Positions 10,218-23,197 of a stretch of 64,000 bases of DNA are shown here, in pieces (within the stretch, counting starts at the first letter, position 1; each line of letters opens with the position of its first letter). The notes under the pieces were generated by a model that saw nothing but the letters and a program-made list of their open reading frames with translations, searched no databases and was not told the origin of the DNA. This stretch comes from Xylographa opegraphella (lineage: Eukaryota), in the NCBI GenBank assembly GCA_022813865.1, contig JALDZX010000056.1:62001-126000 (forward strand), in the 5' to 3' direction. Made by a program: the position numbers and the translations under genes.

Positions 10218-13200
10218 ATGGCGGATTCTGCCTCTGAGGCGGACAAGGTACAGAGAAGTTGACTTAGGTAGCTGATATTCACTAATATGGAGTAGATCCG
10301 CAATAAAAGGCTCGCCAAACTTGGATCACAAGCACCCTCGATAGTGCCACCCACTGTACATGGAACATCCGGGGTTGATGCAGCTTCAGGAGCAGCTGCG
10401 AATCCAGCCGCAAGTGACCCCTCTGCTTCCAAGGCGCACGAGGGCTCAGAAACCACTGCTGTGCAGATTGGGACAGTGTCTGGAACCAAAGTACCCAATA
10501 ACTCCTTCTCGCAATTTGGTCTTAAGAAAGCAAATGGAACTGGACCCCGAATAAACATTACGTCAAGCACTCCTCGAGGAAATACTCTTGGGACCGAAGC
10601 ACTCTCTTCTGGAAAAGGAAAATCTACACCTGCTACGCCCGAAACTCTGGATGTCTGGGAGGACAAGACACTGAGCGGCATATTTCGTCTCTCCTTAGAC
10701 CCCAAGGTTGAGAAAGATGCACACGGGCATAGCTTATATTATGTTAGTGGTGTTCGAGGGGATCTGGAAGATAACCACGAGTCTGTTAAGCTTAGCACAG
10801 CTGTTCTGGATCAAGCCGTCATTGAGGTTGCATCCAACCTGGGCAAAACTTCGCCCTTGGATTACTTACTGGCATGTTGGAAACGAGTCTCGAGATTATT
10901 TAAGTCCTTGAAACCCATTAAGGCTGGGGACCTTAAGCAGGGGATCGTGAGGGAAGCAAGAAGGTTGTGTATGAGTTATTGTATTTGGGCTATCACTATG
11001 CCTGACATGTTCGGGTGAGTGCCAGTCATCTTGGGTCCCTCCATTTGCCCTAACACTTCACAGTCGTGAACCCTCGTCGTCGAGTCAGCTTACATCTCAT
11101 CTGTTAGTAGATCAAGAAGATGACCGTGGAGTATGTCATGAGTTCCTGACCGAATTGATCTCCCGCTTTCCGGAAGATGAGTTGGCTGCAGAAGCCATGT
11201 CCGTTGCTATGGAAGATCTCAGCCGAGAACTGGCAGGTAAAAGTATGAATGACAATTACAAACCTTATGTTCTTGTAGGTTTGATAGTATCTGAGACCTC
11301 AATAATACGCTAATAGCCTGGAAGGCTTTTCGGACTCTTGTTCGATACCCTGCGCTAGTTAATCTGATCGTGCAGTCTCCTCGTTTCTTACCACCGGATG
11401 TTACTGCTTTCACGATTGAAACCGACACACTACTTGGTCCATTTTTCCGAATATCTCCTTTGCAAGGAGATGTGACGACAAACTATTTCTCAAGTCCAAA
11501 AACCAGAGACAAGAGCTATATAGCCAATTCACAAAACGCACTTCGGTTGACTCTCCGAGCACATCAAGCTGATCTACTTGACATCACCAACCATATCATA
11601 CGAACCAGCAAGGAAGCACGAGAAAAAATGCTGGGTTGGTTCGCAATATGTATGAACACGAACCACAAAAGAAGAGCATATCAAATCGATCCAAAGACCG
11701 TCTCAACTGATGGATTCATGATTAATGTTACCGTTTGCCTCGATCAACTCTGTGAGCCATTCATGGATGCTACTTTTTCGAAAATTGATCGAATAGACGT
11801 TGAATACTTGCGTCGAAACCCCCGGATTGACGTCAACGATGAAACGAAACTTAACGCAGTTCAAAACATTTCGGATGAGTACTATTCTCACCATGTCGAG
11901 GGTGAATCGAACTTTATCTCCGAAGTTTTTTTCCTAACTCTTGCTGCCCACCACTATGGAACTGAAGCAACAAACCAACAAGTCAGTCAGCTTGAGAAGG
12001 ACTTGAAACGTATGGAGAAACAGTTGGCCTTGCTAGTCGCCGACAGGCCAAAGTATACGAGCTCGTCACAATTGGCTATGTTTGAAAATGCCGTCAAAAA
12101 GTTCAATGATCATATCGAAAAGGGAATATCTTACAAGCTCGCGGTACAAGGCGTCCTGTTGGATGAGCTGATGCAGGCCCGTGCAATGCAATTCATGCGC
12201 TATGTCATCATTTGGTTGTTACGAATAGTAAGTTCCGGTCAGAATATCCCAAAGAATATTATTCGAATACCGCTAGCCGATAAGCAGCCAGACGTTTGGA
12301 AATGTCTGCCAGAATATTATCTTGACGTTGTGGTGGGCAACTTCAAGTTCATCATGCGGAATATGCCACAAGTAATAACGGCTACCCAGAGTGATGAACT
12401 TGTCATGCTCTGCATAACATTCCTTCAGAGCTCCGAGTACATCAAAAATCCAGGCATTAAATCTGGTCTGGTCACTATCCTGTATCACGGGATATGGCCT
12501 GTATATGGCCGTTCTAAAGGGATTCTTGGGGATCTTCTCAATTCTCTCCCTTTCGCTACGGAGCATCTCTTGCATGCAATCCTTAAGTTTTATATCGAAG
12601 TGGAAAACACTGGTTCTCACACCCAATTCTACGATAAATTCAATGTTCGTTATGAAATATTCCAGATCATCAAATGCATATGGTCCAACACGATCTATCG
12701 AGAACGCCTGGCACAAGAATCTAAAGTCAACGTCGATTTCTTTGTGCGTTTCGTCAACCTTCTCCTCAATGATGTGACGTTTGTGCTTGATGAATCCTTG
12801 TCAGCATTCGTCAAGATTCATGATCTCCAGCAAGAGCTCACACTTGACTCTACTATAGATCCTGCTCAACGAACTGAGAAGGAAGAAGCATTAACTGAGG
12901 CGCAAAATAAAGCAAAATCCTATATGCAACTGACTAATGAGACTGTTGCCATGCTGAAACTCTTCACGGAGGCACTCGCGGACTCTTTCACTATGCCTGA
13001 GATAGTGCAGCGATTGGCAGATATGTTGGACTACAACCTCGATGCCATGATAGGACCAAAGAGCAGTCACTTGAAAGTGGAGAACCCGCAAGAATACAGT
13101 TTCAACCCGAGAGTTTTGCTCGCCGAAATTGTTGACGTATATTTGAATCTCCGAGGCAAGGAGAACTTTATCATAGCCGTGGCAAGAGACGGCCGTTCTT

Positions 13201-13713
13201 ACAAGCCGACCAATTTCGAAAACACAACAATAGTCCTCCGCAACAAGGGATTAAAGTCTACTGAGGAATTAGCGGCGTGGACCGCACTGGGTGAGAAGTT
13301 CAAGAAAGCAAAGGAGATAGACTCTCAAGCTGAAGAAGACCTTGGCGAGATTCCGGATGAGTTCTTAGGCGAGTAAATTATCCTCGAATCTTACGGACAC
13401 TGCTGACAATCATTTAGACCCCTTGATGTATACTCTGATGGAAGACCCCGTGATCTTGCCCACGTCAAAGACATCGATCGACCGCTCCACGATTCGTTCT
13501 CACCTTCTCAGCGACCCCAACGACCCTTTCAATCGAGCTCCATTGAAGATTGAGGACGTAGTGCCAGGTCATCCATGATTCCTATCATGTCAACCGAACA
13601 CCTGCTAACTCTTGCCAGATACCGCGCTCAAGGCCCGCATCGAAGCTTTCAAAGCCGAAAAGAAGGGCAAACGGCTTGCCGAAGCTAACCTCATGGACAC
13701 GACCCCCGGCTGA
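10218..13713 (+). CDS. UFD2: Ubiquitin conjugation factor E4 (Ufd2 core plus U-box), 6 exons
   Basis: [64 protein letters not shown]-box [22 protein letters not shown]...[18 protein letters not shown]. Confidence 0.96.
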
Positions 13714-15308
13714 GCCATTCAGGCACTCTTTTGTTTTATGCTGCATCAATTGGCGTGGTGGAACTGGGTTATCGTAGTCAAGTCTGAAGGAGGAATTTGA
13801 TCGCATCGAACGTACATACCCCGGGCTCGGCGGAAACTGTGAAATAATACGGCGGCCAAGGAAAGATACGTTTTTGGCAGACTCTGTATGCATAGACCGG
13901 CCAATTGGCGCAAACGGGTATTTGACGCACATCACGCTGCTAGTATATTCTCGCTTGCGTTCGTGTCCGTACCATGACTTGTTCGGACGGGTAGATCTGC
14001 CCATCTTTTTGCATGGAGAACGTCGCTGCTGCCGAGTGCCCGCTTCTATGGATTCCCATGGACCGTGACTCGATCGATAAGTTCAAGCGATGACGCCTTA
14101 CCTGCCCTCCTTTTCCGAAAGCCTCTCTGCTCACAGAAACCATTTCGTAACATGCATCCCACCTCGATGCGAGAAACATGCCATTGCACAATAAATACCG
14201 TAGGTGGGCACGAACCCTCCCATTGCGGGTATACGCATCAGGGACGTTTTTGTCCCACGGGACCAATGCATTTCCAGAGACACGCGCGAAGCCGACCTGC
14301 CTGAAGAGGTGGTCGGGAAGGGAGTCCTAGGTCGGAGTGGTCGTGGATGCGGCAAGTTACCGTGCATAGGATGCCTTTCACGATGAGGGTAGGTCGTCAT
14401 AAAGGAGGGGGGAAAGAAGATTGTGGTCAGCTTGCAGGCGGTATGCGGCCTTGGTAAAGGGGCATCGAGAAAGGGCGAGTGGAAAGAAAGCATGGTTGGG
14501 AGAGGTAGTAGAGGGAAGACGGGTCCGAGAGCTTAGGACGTTGTGGCGAGGGCAGAGAGGGAATGGATGCAGGAGGAGGTTCCTTCGAATTTGAGGCTAG
14601 TAGAGGGGTCCTGCCTGCTAAGGACTGGGGAGCTCGCTCAGAAACATCCTACGGCACTGCGCTTGAGCTATCGTTGGAGAGATAAGCTCGTATCAGTTAC
14701 ACTTCCGATGTACCGGTCGGTAGTGGGGAGCAATGCAGAATAGTAGTCCACTCAGCATGTAGATACTGCAGGCCGCAGCAATGGCACAAGACTCCGAGGT
14801 CAAATGACATGCACGTGTTTGTAGAGCAGCCAATATCGTAAGTACGCCTTAGAAGAGAACAACTATTACACCGATGTATGCGCAAGGAGCCGGACAAGAA
14901 ATGAAAGTGCACATGTATAAATCGAGACAACAGAGCTCGAACCCCCGACCTGCAGACATGCGAACGTAGCCATGCAGATGATCGGAGGGCGAGCATCAAA
15001 CAACTGATGCACTCGCAGCCACCCGGAATCTCAACTTTCAAACCGAGTAGGTGGACTCCTTCCCAATCCACATGAGATTTGCGCCGAATTCGAGACGGTT
15101 GCCAGTGTAAGCCGATCCTGAGTGGCGTGTACCATCGTAGGAAGAGAAGAAGCCGTGTGTCCCGTAGGCGGAGAAAGGATTTGTCAAGTACGAAGGCCAT
15201 CGCTTGCCACATGCCCACAACGATTTCCTATTTGACAGAATGAACATAACTTCCAATCACCCAGATGCTCACCACAGCATGTGCCACCCAATAGACTCCA
15301 CTGCTCAT

Positions 15309-16314
15309 CTAGAGGATCAAACACTTCCTGTTCTTCTCGCCTCTGCCGGATCGGTGACCCTTCGACAACAAAGCTGAACGCGTGGCATGCTCAAATACTT
15401 CTCGGACGCCGTCGTTGATCTTGGCTGAACATTCAAGGTATTTGGCTGCGCCGATTTTCCTCCTGACTTCCTCGCCCTACGGATACGAATGCACATTAGC
15501 AAATGAACATTACGGGGAATACGACCCTGTTGAGGACATTAACAGAGGCGGCTGGCATCTCATCTGCAGAGTAAGGAGAGCGGCAAAAAGGACATTGGAT
15601 TCACCTGTTCCGGGGTAACGGGCTTCTGCGACGTCTTGTGTAGCTCTTCAATCGTCTTCTGGTCGTAGCGTAGATCCTTCTTGCATCCAACAAGGATGAT
15701 AGGAAGACCAGGGCAGAAATGGAGGACTTCGGAGATCCACTAGACGAATATTCATGTCAGTGATGCCACTTTTGAGGTTCGGCCGATAACTGGAGCAGCC
15801 GGTAACTTTGATGGCGTACCTTTTCCTGCACATTGTCGAGAGAATCAGGCGAGTCGACGGCGAAGCAAATGAGGATGACATGGGAATCAGGATAGGAAAG
15901 AGGACGGAGACGATCGTAATCTTCTTGCCCTGCCGTATCCCAAAGTGCTAGTTCTACGTGCTTCCCGTCCACCTCGACATCGGCGACATAGTTTTCGAAA
16001 ACAGTGGGGACGTAGACCTGGAGCGCACAAGCATCAGCATTGATCTGCTGTCGTCTCGCGCTTATACTATAAGTGTCTCCCGAGACCGCGCAGCGGTGAA
16101 ATCATTAGATCTATAAGATGAAGAAGGCTGGCTTGGAATCTCTCACTTCAGGGAAAGTGCCCTTGGAAAAAACACTATCCAGAGAACAAACATTAGCAAC
16201 TTATTAGGGCTCCGGAAATCTGTTTGGAAAGTATCCAAGCACTTACATCAATAAACAGGTTTTTCCGCAAGCACCATCACCGACAATCACGAGTTTGCGG
16301 CGGATCTCAGCCAT
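15309..16314 (-). CDS. RHO1: Rho1 small GTPase, 5 coding exons
   Basis: [50 protein letters not shown]-terminal CAAX box CLIL followed by TAG at 15309-15311. Confidence 0.98.
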
Positions 16315-16514
16315 CTTGGACACACAGCAATAGATCAGTAAAATTCAAATCTCAAAAAGATGTGAGGCAAGGAGGGGTTTGCGATAAAAAGCAGTCCGTT
16401 GCCGGGCGAGAATGTGTAGCACGAGGTCGTGTGGACGAGGATGGCCGCGAGGTTGTTGGGCAGGGAACGGGTAGTGTTTGCCAGCGGGTGCTTTTGAGAC
16501 GACGAGGAACTTAC
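16315..16514 (-). other. Probable 200-nt 5' UTR intron of RHO1 ending immediately before the ATG
   Basis: GTAAGT donor at 16514, CTGAT branch, acceptor CAAG|ATG. Confidence 0.7.
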
Positions 16515-17314
16515 GGCTGACGTGCAATGTGTGTAATAGCGACAGAGACGTCGAGGGTGATAGGAAGGAGATGGAAGGACGGTGAGTGGTAGGCGCGAGC
16601 AATAATAACGGGTCGGACGAGTCTCTTTCGTCTCTATGGGGAGAGGTTATCTGGTCAAGGGCCTTTCCTTCAGGCAGAGGCGAGCTAGCGCTTAGCTGCT
16701 TCGAATGATTGCCAGGAGTCAAGACTCTTTCGCTCCGGAACTTGCAGGCAAGCGCGCGACGATCCACGCACGTGCCGAGCGATGGAAAGCCTTTCTTTTG
16801 ACGATGGGGGAGGATGGGCGGATGAGAGACACGCAGCTCTCTTTTCTTTCACGAGCAAGAGCGGTGGGGTGGAAGCGTCTTTGTTCTGGCTGCTGGCAGA
16901 CTGGCTGATCTGAGACGGGGCCCGCTGCCAAGGCCGCCCAGCCCGGCTACAGGAACTGCCTCGCCCGTGCTGATACAGAGCGAACTCCCTACACTGCCTA
17001 CTATTACACGGTATACCTATACAGTACATTGCCTGCACTGCCCAACCCCCCTCCCGCAGGCTGGCGAGGGCATGGGTCCACCAACCTTCCACCGGCTTCG
17101 TCAACGAATGCACATGGTGGCAAGGACATGCGGATGAGGGTTGACTGCAGGTATCGTGGATGATCAACTACCTAAGGTAATCCTGCTCCCCAATCCCTCC
17201 CTGCTCTCGCATGCCACACGCCTATATATACGATCTGGCCTACATGCAAGTGACTCCGTCCCAGCCCTCTGCAAGCGGAAGGAACCAAAGTGCTCAAAGT
17301 CTGCTTTCTTGACC

Positions 17315-18446
17315 TCAGGCCATCATGCCTGTACCCGATCGTGATGATGGCTCCCGGCTCCCGTTCTTGGCCATCAGCTCCCCGATTCGCGCCAACATCT
17401 CCTCGCTCAGTACCGGCTTCCCTCGTGCCTTCCGCTCCGTTCTCTCCTTCCTGTGTAGCTCCTTCAGTGGTGTGTCCATCTTCCGGATGCTCCTCTTCCT
17501 CTCTTCCTCGACCCGGTCCTCCTCCATCTTCTTAGCAATGAAGGCATCTTCATGCCGGTCGCGAAACTTGCTGTACTTATTCCGCAACTCGTCGATGATG
17601 CCAGCAGGCATTGGTGGTTGTAACAATGTGGGAACGAAGGTTCGCTCCTCGACTTCAATCCGCAGAGTATCTATATCATTGTCCTCAAATTCCTCAGGTG
17701 CCTTTTCGGGATAGGGGATCTGTATCGCTGGTTTGACGCCGGCTATGAAACGTGTCGGGGGGTCGTCGCCACCAAGCTGTGCATAGTTTGTTTTTTTGAG
17801 CCGCAGCTCCTTTATAACAACGTCGCGAAGGGCCCCGGTCTCAGGGTGTGGAAGAGGCGCAACGAGTCGCACGCCGGAGAGAGGAATGGGGACTTCATAT
17901 GGCCGTACAGGAGTCTTGTCCACTTCGTTCATAAGGAGATAGTCTGGTATGGCGACATTGGCCTGCGAACATCAGTGTGAGTTCTGAACCTGCCATCTTT
18001 CCGTCAACACCGCTCGATTGACTTGCCCTATTCAAGCCCGTGACGAAACATTCTTCAGCCTCCTTCCTCACCTCTCGGACCTTGCCTATGTTTCCCTTTT
18101 CCCTATGCCCATCCTGCACAACCACCACTCGATCTCCTTCAACGATGCCCCAATCTTTGATCTGATGCTTCGCCTTGTCGACGCTCTGTAGTCTGCGGGC
18201 GTCTAAGGTTCCATATGTCTCCTTTGCGCTGCCCACATCCCTTTTAGGCGCGAGCGGCCCGAGCAGCCAATCTTCACGCCGTACGAGGCGTGCAGCTCGG
18301 GTGTCGTGCCGTACAGAGATATTGATGATCTTCTGCTCGTTGAGGCGAAGTTTGCGGTCATCGGAGTCGCTCTTTCCCTGGCGTGCCACCGCCTTCTTGG
18401 CTGCTTGTCTTTTTACCAAGGCAGTACGGCGTAGGAGCTTTTGCAT
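17315..18446 (-). CDS. MRPL40: Mitochondrial ribosomal protein uL24m (KOW motif)
   Basis: MQKLLRRTAL...REDWLLGPLAPKRD...IVEGDRVVVV (KOW)...VRLVAPL...DTLRIEVEERTFVPTLLQPPMPAGIIDELRNKYSKFR. One GC-AG intron, 18026-17963. Confidence 0.92.
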
Positions 18447-19183
18447 TGCAATTGAGAGATTCGTGTTCACAGGACGTCCAGGTTGTAGTGGTGCAGAAGC
18501 AGATGTGCTTCAGTGAGACTAGGTAGTCTGGCCGAAACGCCAAGGATTTCCTGATTTTATCGAGTTTCTACACAGGGCATAGCGCCCCCACGCTAAGTTA
18601 CTTTACAACCAGATGCTTCGTCGGTACACTATACAGGACATTGTATTTGATATTTAATGGGTCATGTGAGAGAGAGAGTTGTCATAATTCTGCGGCGTCA
18701 GACCCAGCGTACTACAGCGTCAGATGCAGCATAATGAATTGCGCGGATATATATATGAGATTTTCTATTCTCTTATAGTTGTACCGCAAAATTGATTCTA
18801 TCGGTCAAAATGGCAGTATATTTTGAAGAACTGCTATAGCTATGTTGTCGTATAACAATTACTACTGGAGTATCGTGTTTCTGGGCAAATACAAACCTTG
18901 GTAGAACTTGGAAGTGGTCAAGACGTTGGACCACGAGGCGGACCGGGAACGCCTTGCCGCCTTGCGGATGCTGTAACCTCTCTAAATCCGTAAGTCAGGG
19001 CATGGTGAGTATAGGTGTAGATGCTAGATGCTAGCGGCGATGGAAAATTTGTACCTTTCAGTTTATCTGAAGTAGTTCCTGCTGTGCTCAATCTCCATCA
19101 ACAGCTCTCCCATCATTGCTCTTGTTTTCACATAATCCATACATCATCAAATCCACCACCTCAAGTGAAATAGCTTCAAGATC

Positions 19184-19768
19184 ATGGCTACCAGCACTCC
19201 TCTCCTGAGAGCCGCAGAGATGCAGACGAGGCTAGTGGCATTGCAAAGCCTCCCACAACCAGCCCAAGTCAGGGCCTTCCTACAAACCCGTCCAATGGCA
19301 TACAAGGACTACACTGCAAAGACCGCATCGATGCATGTAGATGCGGAGGATCTCTATACCTTCTCGACTTGGATGGCTCAGCCATTGCGCGGCGCTACCA
19401 TCGTCCTTGGCCTCTTCCATACGGCCACCGCACCAGAGGGATTGACCAGCGAGCATGAGACGTGGGCGGCAGCCGTGGTGATTCGGGCAAGGAGGAGCAA
19501 GCATCTGTTCCTATGGGACTGCAATGTCCAGAAGACCTCTGGACTCCCGAATTTTGTCGTCCAAGCTGCGACGAAGGGCCAGAGCGAACTTGGCGATTAT
19601 CTATGTGGCAAGTTCGACTTGAAGACGATCTGGGTTGGTGGAAAGGCGTTGGGCAATGGTGATACTCCTTTCGAGTTGACGATGGAATGGCTGGAGGAGA
19701 TCTTGGGTGCTGGAGAAAGCTCGTCTGGATGGGACAGCTTCAACTGCGTGTGGGAGAAAGCGGAGTAA
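19184..19768 (+). CDS. Intronless 194-aa hypothetical protein
   Basis: Clean ORF with ATG in good context (aagatcATGG) after a CT/CA-rich leader; globular composition; no family recognised. Confidence 0.72.
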   Translation: MATSTPLLRAAEMQTRLVALQSLPQPAQVRAFLQTRPMAYKDYTAKTASMHVDAEDLYTFSTWMAQPLRGATIVLGLFHTATAPEGLTSEHETWAAAVVIRARRSKHLFLWDCNVQKTSGLPNFVVQAATKGQSELGDYLCGKFDLKTIWVGGKALGNGDTPFELTMEWLEEILGAGESSSGWDSFNCVWEKAE

Positions 19769-19864
19769 CGCTGAACGGGGATCCTTATGGTGTGAGCTTT
19801 ATCCGAACATCCATACATTGATGGACCAATCTGACGATCGATATTGAAGATGCAGAATGTGCGC

Positions 19865-21734
19865 TCAATTGTGATCTGATTTTTCGGGCACTGGCTTTCG
19901 TGATATTACAGTTTCGGGAATGTTATGTAGTCCGTTCTCCAAAGAAGTCTCAATATTAGATGAGCTGCTCAAGCGGCCATCGGCTATCATCGTGTATACT
20001 GGGAGATCTTCCGTGCTGACCGGACTTTGTGTTAAAATAGTTGAGTAACGAGGGGGCTTTTGCAGTACGGGTGCTGGTTTCCTCCGCATCATGCATGACG
20101 CTGTAGAATCTTCACCTGAGAGTTGCTCTTTGTTAATTCTGGGTGGAAGAGAAGGTCTGTTTTCTTCACCCTCGCAGTTGGTATTGGTTCTTGGCGGGAG
20201 CGGCGGCCTTTCTTCGTCATCGTCACTAATGTCCCTGTCGATCAACATGATCCCATCTGTTTGCAGATGCAGAGGTGTTGTTGGAGAAATAGCCCTATCA
20301 AGAGGATCTTCTCGATCCTCAATAGCTTCTGGGACCCGAAGAGACTCATTGAATTTCCGCATGTCAGTTCCCAGAGCACTCGCAAATCTGGAGTCCCAAT
20401 GCGCGATTGTGTGTTCAAGAAGTCGGCTGATCGTACTGAGAATATTTGTGTCCTCAAGCACATCCAGTCCACGAATCAAAGCTGGAGCAAGGCAGACCGC
20501 CAGGTTGTATGGGGTCATCTTGTTCCAATCTTGGTGAGCTGCAATTATATTAAGAAGTGGAAGAAGATGCATGGTCAAGATCTGTCTGGACACTTTGCTT
20601 ATAGGTGACCAATCGGAAGCTTCTCCCAGAAGATCTATCAATGTCGAAGTCTGAAAAGACTCTGGTGAGCTTTCCACAATTCTGCGTAAGAATGGATAAG
20701 AAGCTTGTGGGAATATTGGTTCCTGAAGCTCAGTGTACCACAACTTGATAAGCCCAGTCGCAGTAATAAGACTGAAACCTTCCGCATACTGATACTCTTC
20801 AACCATGACGCTGCCATGTTCTTCTTGCCAATGACTAAAGGTAAGTACGGAATCCTCTTCTTTCCATACTATAAACTTTTGGCCTCGGTCATAAGCTTCT
20901 CGTAGGATGCTTACCAAAGCGGCACGAGCATTGATCCGAAACAAGCCTTCAGTTTTCACATTATCGTCCATTAAAACAAAGCTGGTACTCTCTCGAAGAA
21001 CCCTTGGAAGTCTCAAAGTGCCCGTCGCCGAAGTCGGTAGAGGTCTATTGACACCAAATGCTCGGCGACCAGTGACATAAGGCACGTATATATCCCGAGC
21101 AATCCGTCGATCGTACAGGTACACGGAAGGTGGTATGAGCAAATCCTCAATAGGGATATGCAGGGCCAGACTACTCAGCGAAGAGACTAGTCACAGATCT
21201 ATAAGCAATGCTCACATGGCAATTTACAAGATACCCACCATGCACAATCTTCTTCCGAACCTTCGGACTCACGATCGTAGAGAACATCTCCACCGTAACC
21301 TTCACCCAACTCCTTTGATGTACCAGATACAGCTTTTGCAACCGCTTCCGTATCAGCCTTGAGAGGGCATTGTACGCCCGCAAAATCCATGCCCAACCAG
21401 GTCGTGCCTTTTTCGGGATCGAAGCAGTGCGGTCCTCCTCTCCAGCAAAGAAAATGAGTTCGTATCCTTTGCCACCGATCAAATCTTCGTCATTGGGTAG
21501 TCTGGCTAGCACATATGGCAGTAGGGCATCATATTTAATACGGCTGGCATCTGGGAAAGCCGCAGCATTGAGTACATAAACTGGTAGATCATCTTGTGAC
21601 GGTAGTGGCGAGCGATACAAGATCGGAGCCGCGATATCAGCAAGAGTGTTCGAATAGTCTGAGCTGGATGAAGGAGGTGTGCCTGTGCTGAGAGATGTGC
21701 TCCGTAGTCTTCGTGCTGTTAATTGAGAACGCAT
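19865..21734 (-). CDS. ECM25: Ecm25-like RhoGAP with N-terminal divergent CRAL-TRIO domain
   Basis: LPVYVLNAAAFPD...LLPYVLARLP...KRLQKLYLVH (CRAL-TRIO_2); RhoGAP TEGLFRI with arginine finger and NKMTPYNLAVCLAP. One intron near 21238-21187. Confidence 0.88.
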
Positions 21735-22012
21735 CTGGAACCGCAACCAGATACAAACATTTGAGCTTGTTGTTATAGTTTCCTTTTCTAAGGCGGGTGT
21801 GGTCGGTGAGATGCAGGAGACGCAGTATTTAGGCAGCACAATCGGGCTTAATATAAACATGCGTCCATGGTCACATCGACTTGTGTCTTTAGAACGACAT
21901 CAACAATCATTTTCAATGCCCGCTGACTCGACCATAGCGCCACAGCTAAATTTTATACAGCATTACAAAATTATACAGATTGCTATCGTGAGGCTAGTCT
22001 AGTCTCTCCTTT

Positions 22013-22526
22013 CTAACTCGAGACCATGCTCCAGCCAGTCATACCCGACATCACCAACAGAGCGAACGTGGGAATGTAGTATCCAGCACCCCAATATCGA
22101 CCCTTTCCACCTTCCATCTGCGGCCTTGTGTACCCGATGGCATAGAAAACTCTACAGACAACCCAGAAAGCACCCATACCGGCGCTTAAGACTGGATATT
22201 TCAAACCAGACACCAACAGTGTGACGAGGAAGGGTGGTAACTGCTCAAGGAACTGCGCATGGGAGCGCTGAGCACAGTTGAAAAGGTATTTCTCTTTCGA
22301 AGCGGCAGCTTCGGTGGCAGTGGCATAGGCGTTGGGGTACGGTACGCGAGCCGCTTTGCGATACGAGCCGACGTAGCTGCCGAGCCATAGATTGAGGACA
22401 GAGGTCGAGGCAGCAGCTAACACGACGTAGCTGCTCATCCTGTCAGCGGAAAGATACCCGATATGACAATTAGCATGACAGGACGGCGAACCCATATTCC
22501 TTCGGGACTGTGAGAGAGAGAGCCAT
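22013..22526 (-). CDS. MAPEG family microsomal glutathione S-transferase (MGST3-like)
   Basis: MALSLTVPKEYG|YVVLAA...RKAARVPYPNAYA...FNCAQRSHAQFLE...RVFYAIGY. One intron. Confidence 0.92.
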
Positions 22527-23197
22527 GTTCACAATGGACTGCTGTTTGATTGATGTCTGTTGAATACTATTGGTCTGGTCCGGAAAGGACTGTATGGCGT
22601 GTGTGTGCGGAGATGGATGAGTGTGGTTTTCGAGACGAAGGCTTCTTATACGGCATACGGACGACCGAGTACCTCATGTCCTCGGTTTGTTTAATAATGC
22701 TTAGTACTAGCGCGGCGGAAACTCACCGTACCGGCCGGATGGTCGCAACCGGGCCGGCAGCGGTAATGTGCCGAGAAGACAGGAGAGCAACTCCCTGGAG
22801 TCTCAGGTGCATTGTTAATGAAAGCACCTTTCGTGTCGGCGTGGTTGTTTATGCTCGTAGTGTTGTAGAATCTGCGAACGAGACGTGATTGTGGTAATCC
22901 GCAAGGGTGTGATTTGGGGGCATTCGTCATGGCTGGTCTTTCCCGGTCACGAGACAAATCTCTTGGTCATATAAACGGTGAGAACTTCAAGCAGTCAAGC
23001 AGTTACTTTTTAAGGGCCCCCTTCAATAGACTCACAATACGGGACTATTGTGTGCTGGGATGAAATTATAAGCGCGCCGATCTTGAGCTCAGTGACATCT
23101 TTCATTCCTGTGTAGTTGCACCGGCGGCAATGTCAACACGAATTTGTCAATTTTGTTCTTAACGGCTTCAGTACTCTAGAGGCCCCGTAGTCCAACT

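Noticed and set aside
13874..14743. Cluster of short overlapping ORFs between UFD2 and RHO1
   Set aside because: No recognisable motifs or consistent frame; could be UTR or an unidentifiable relic.
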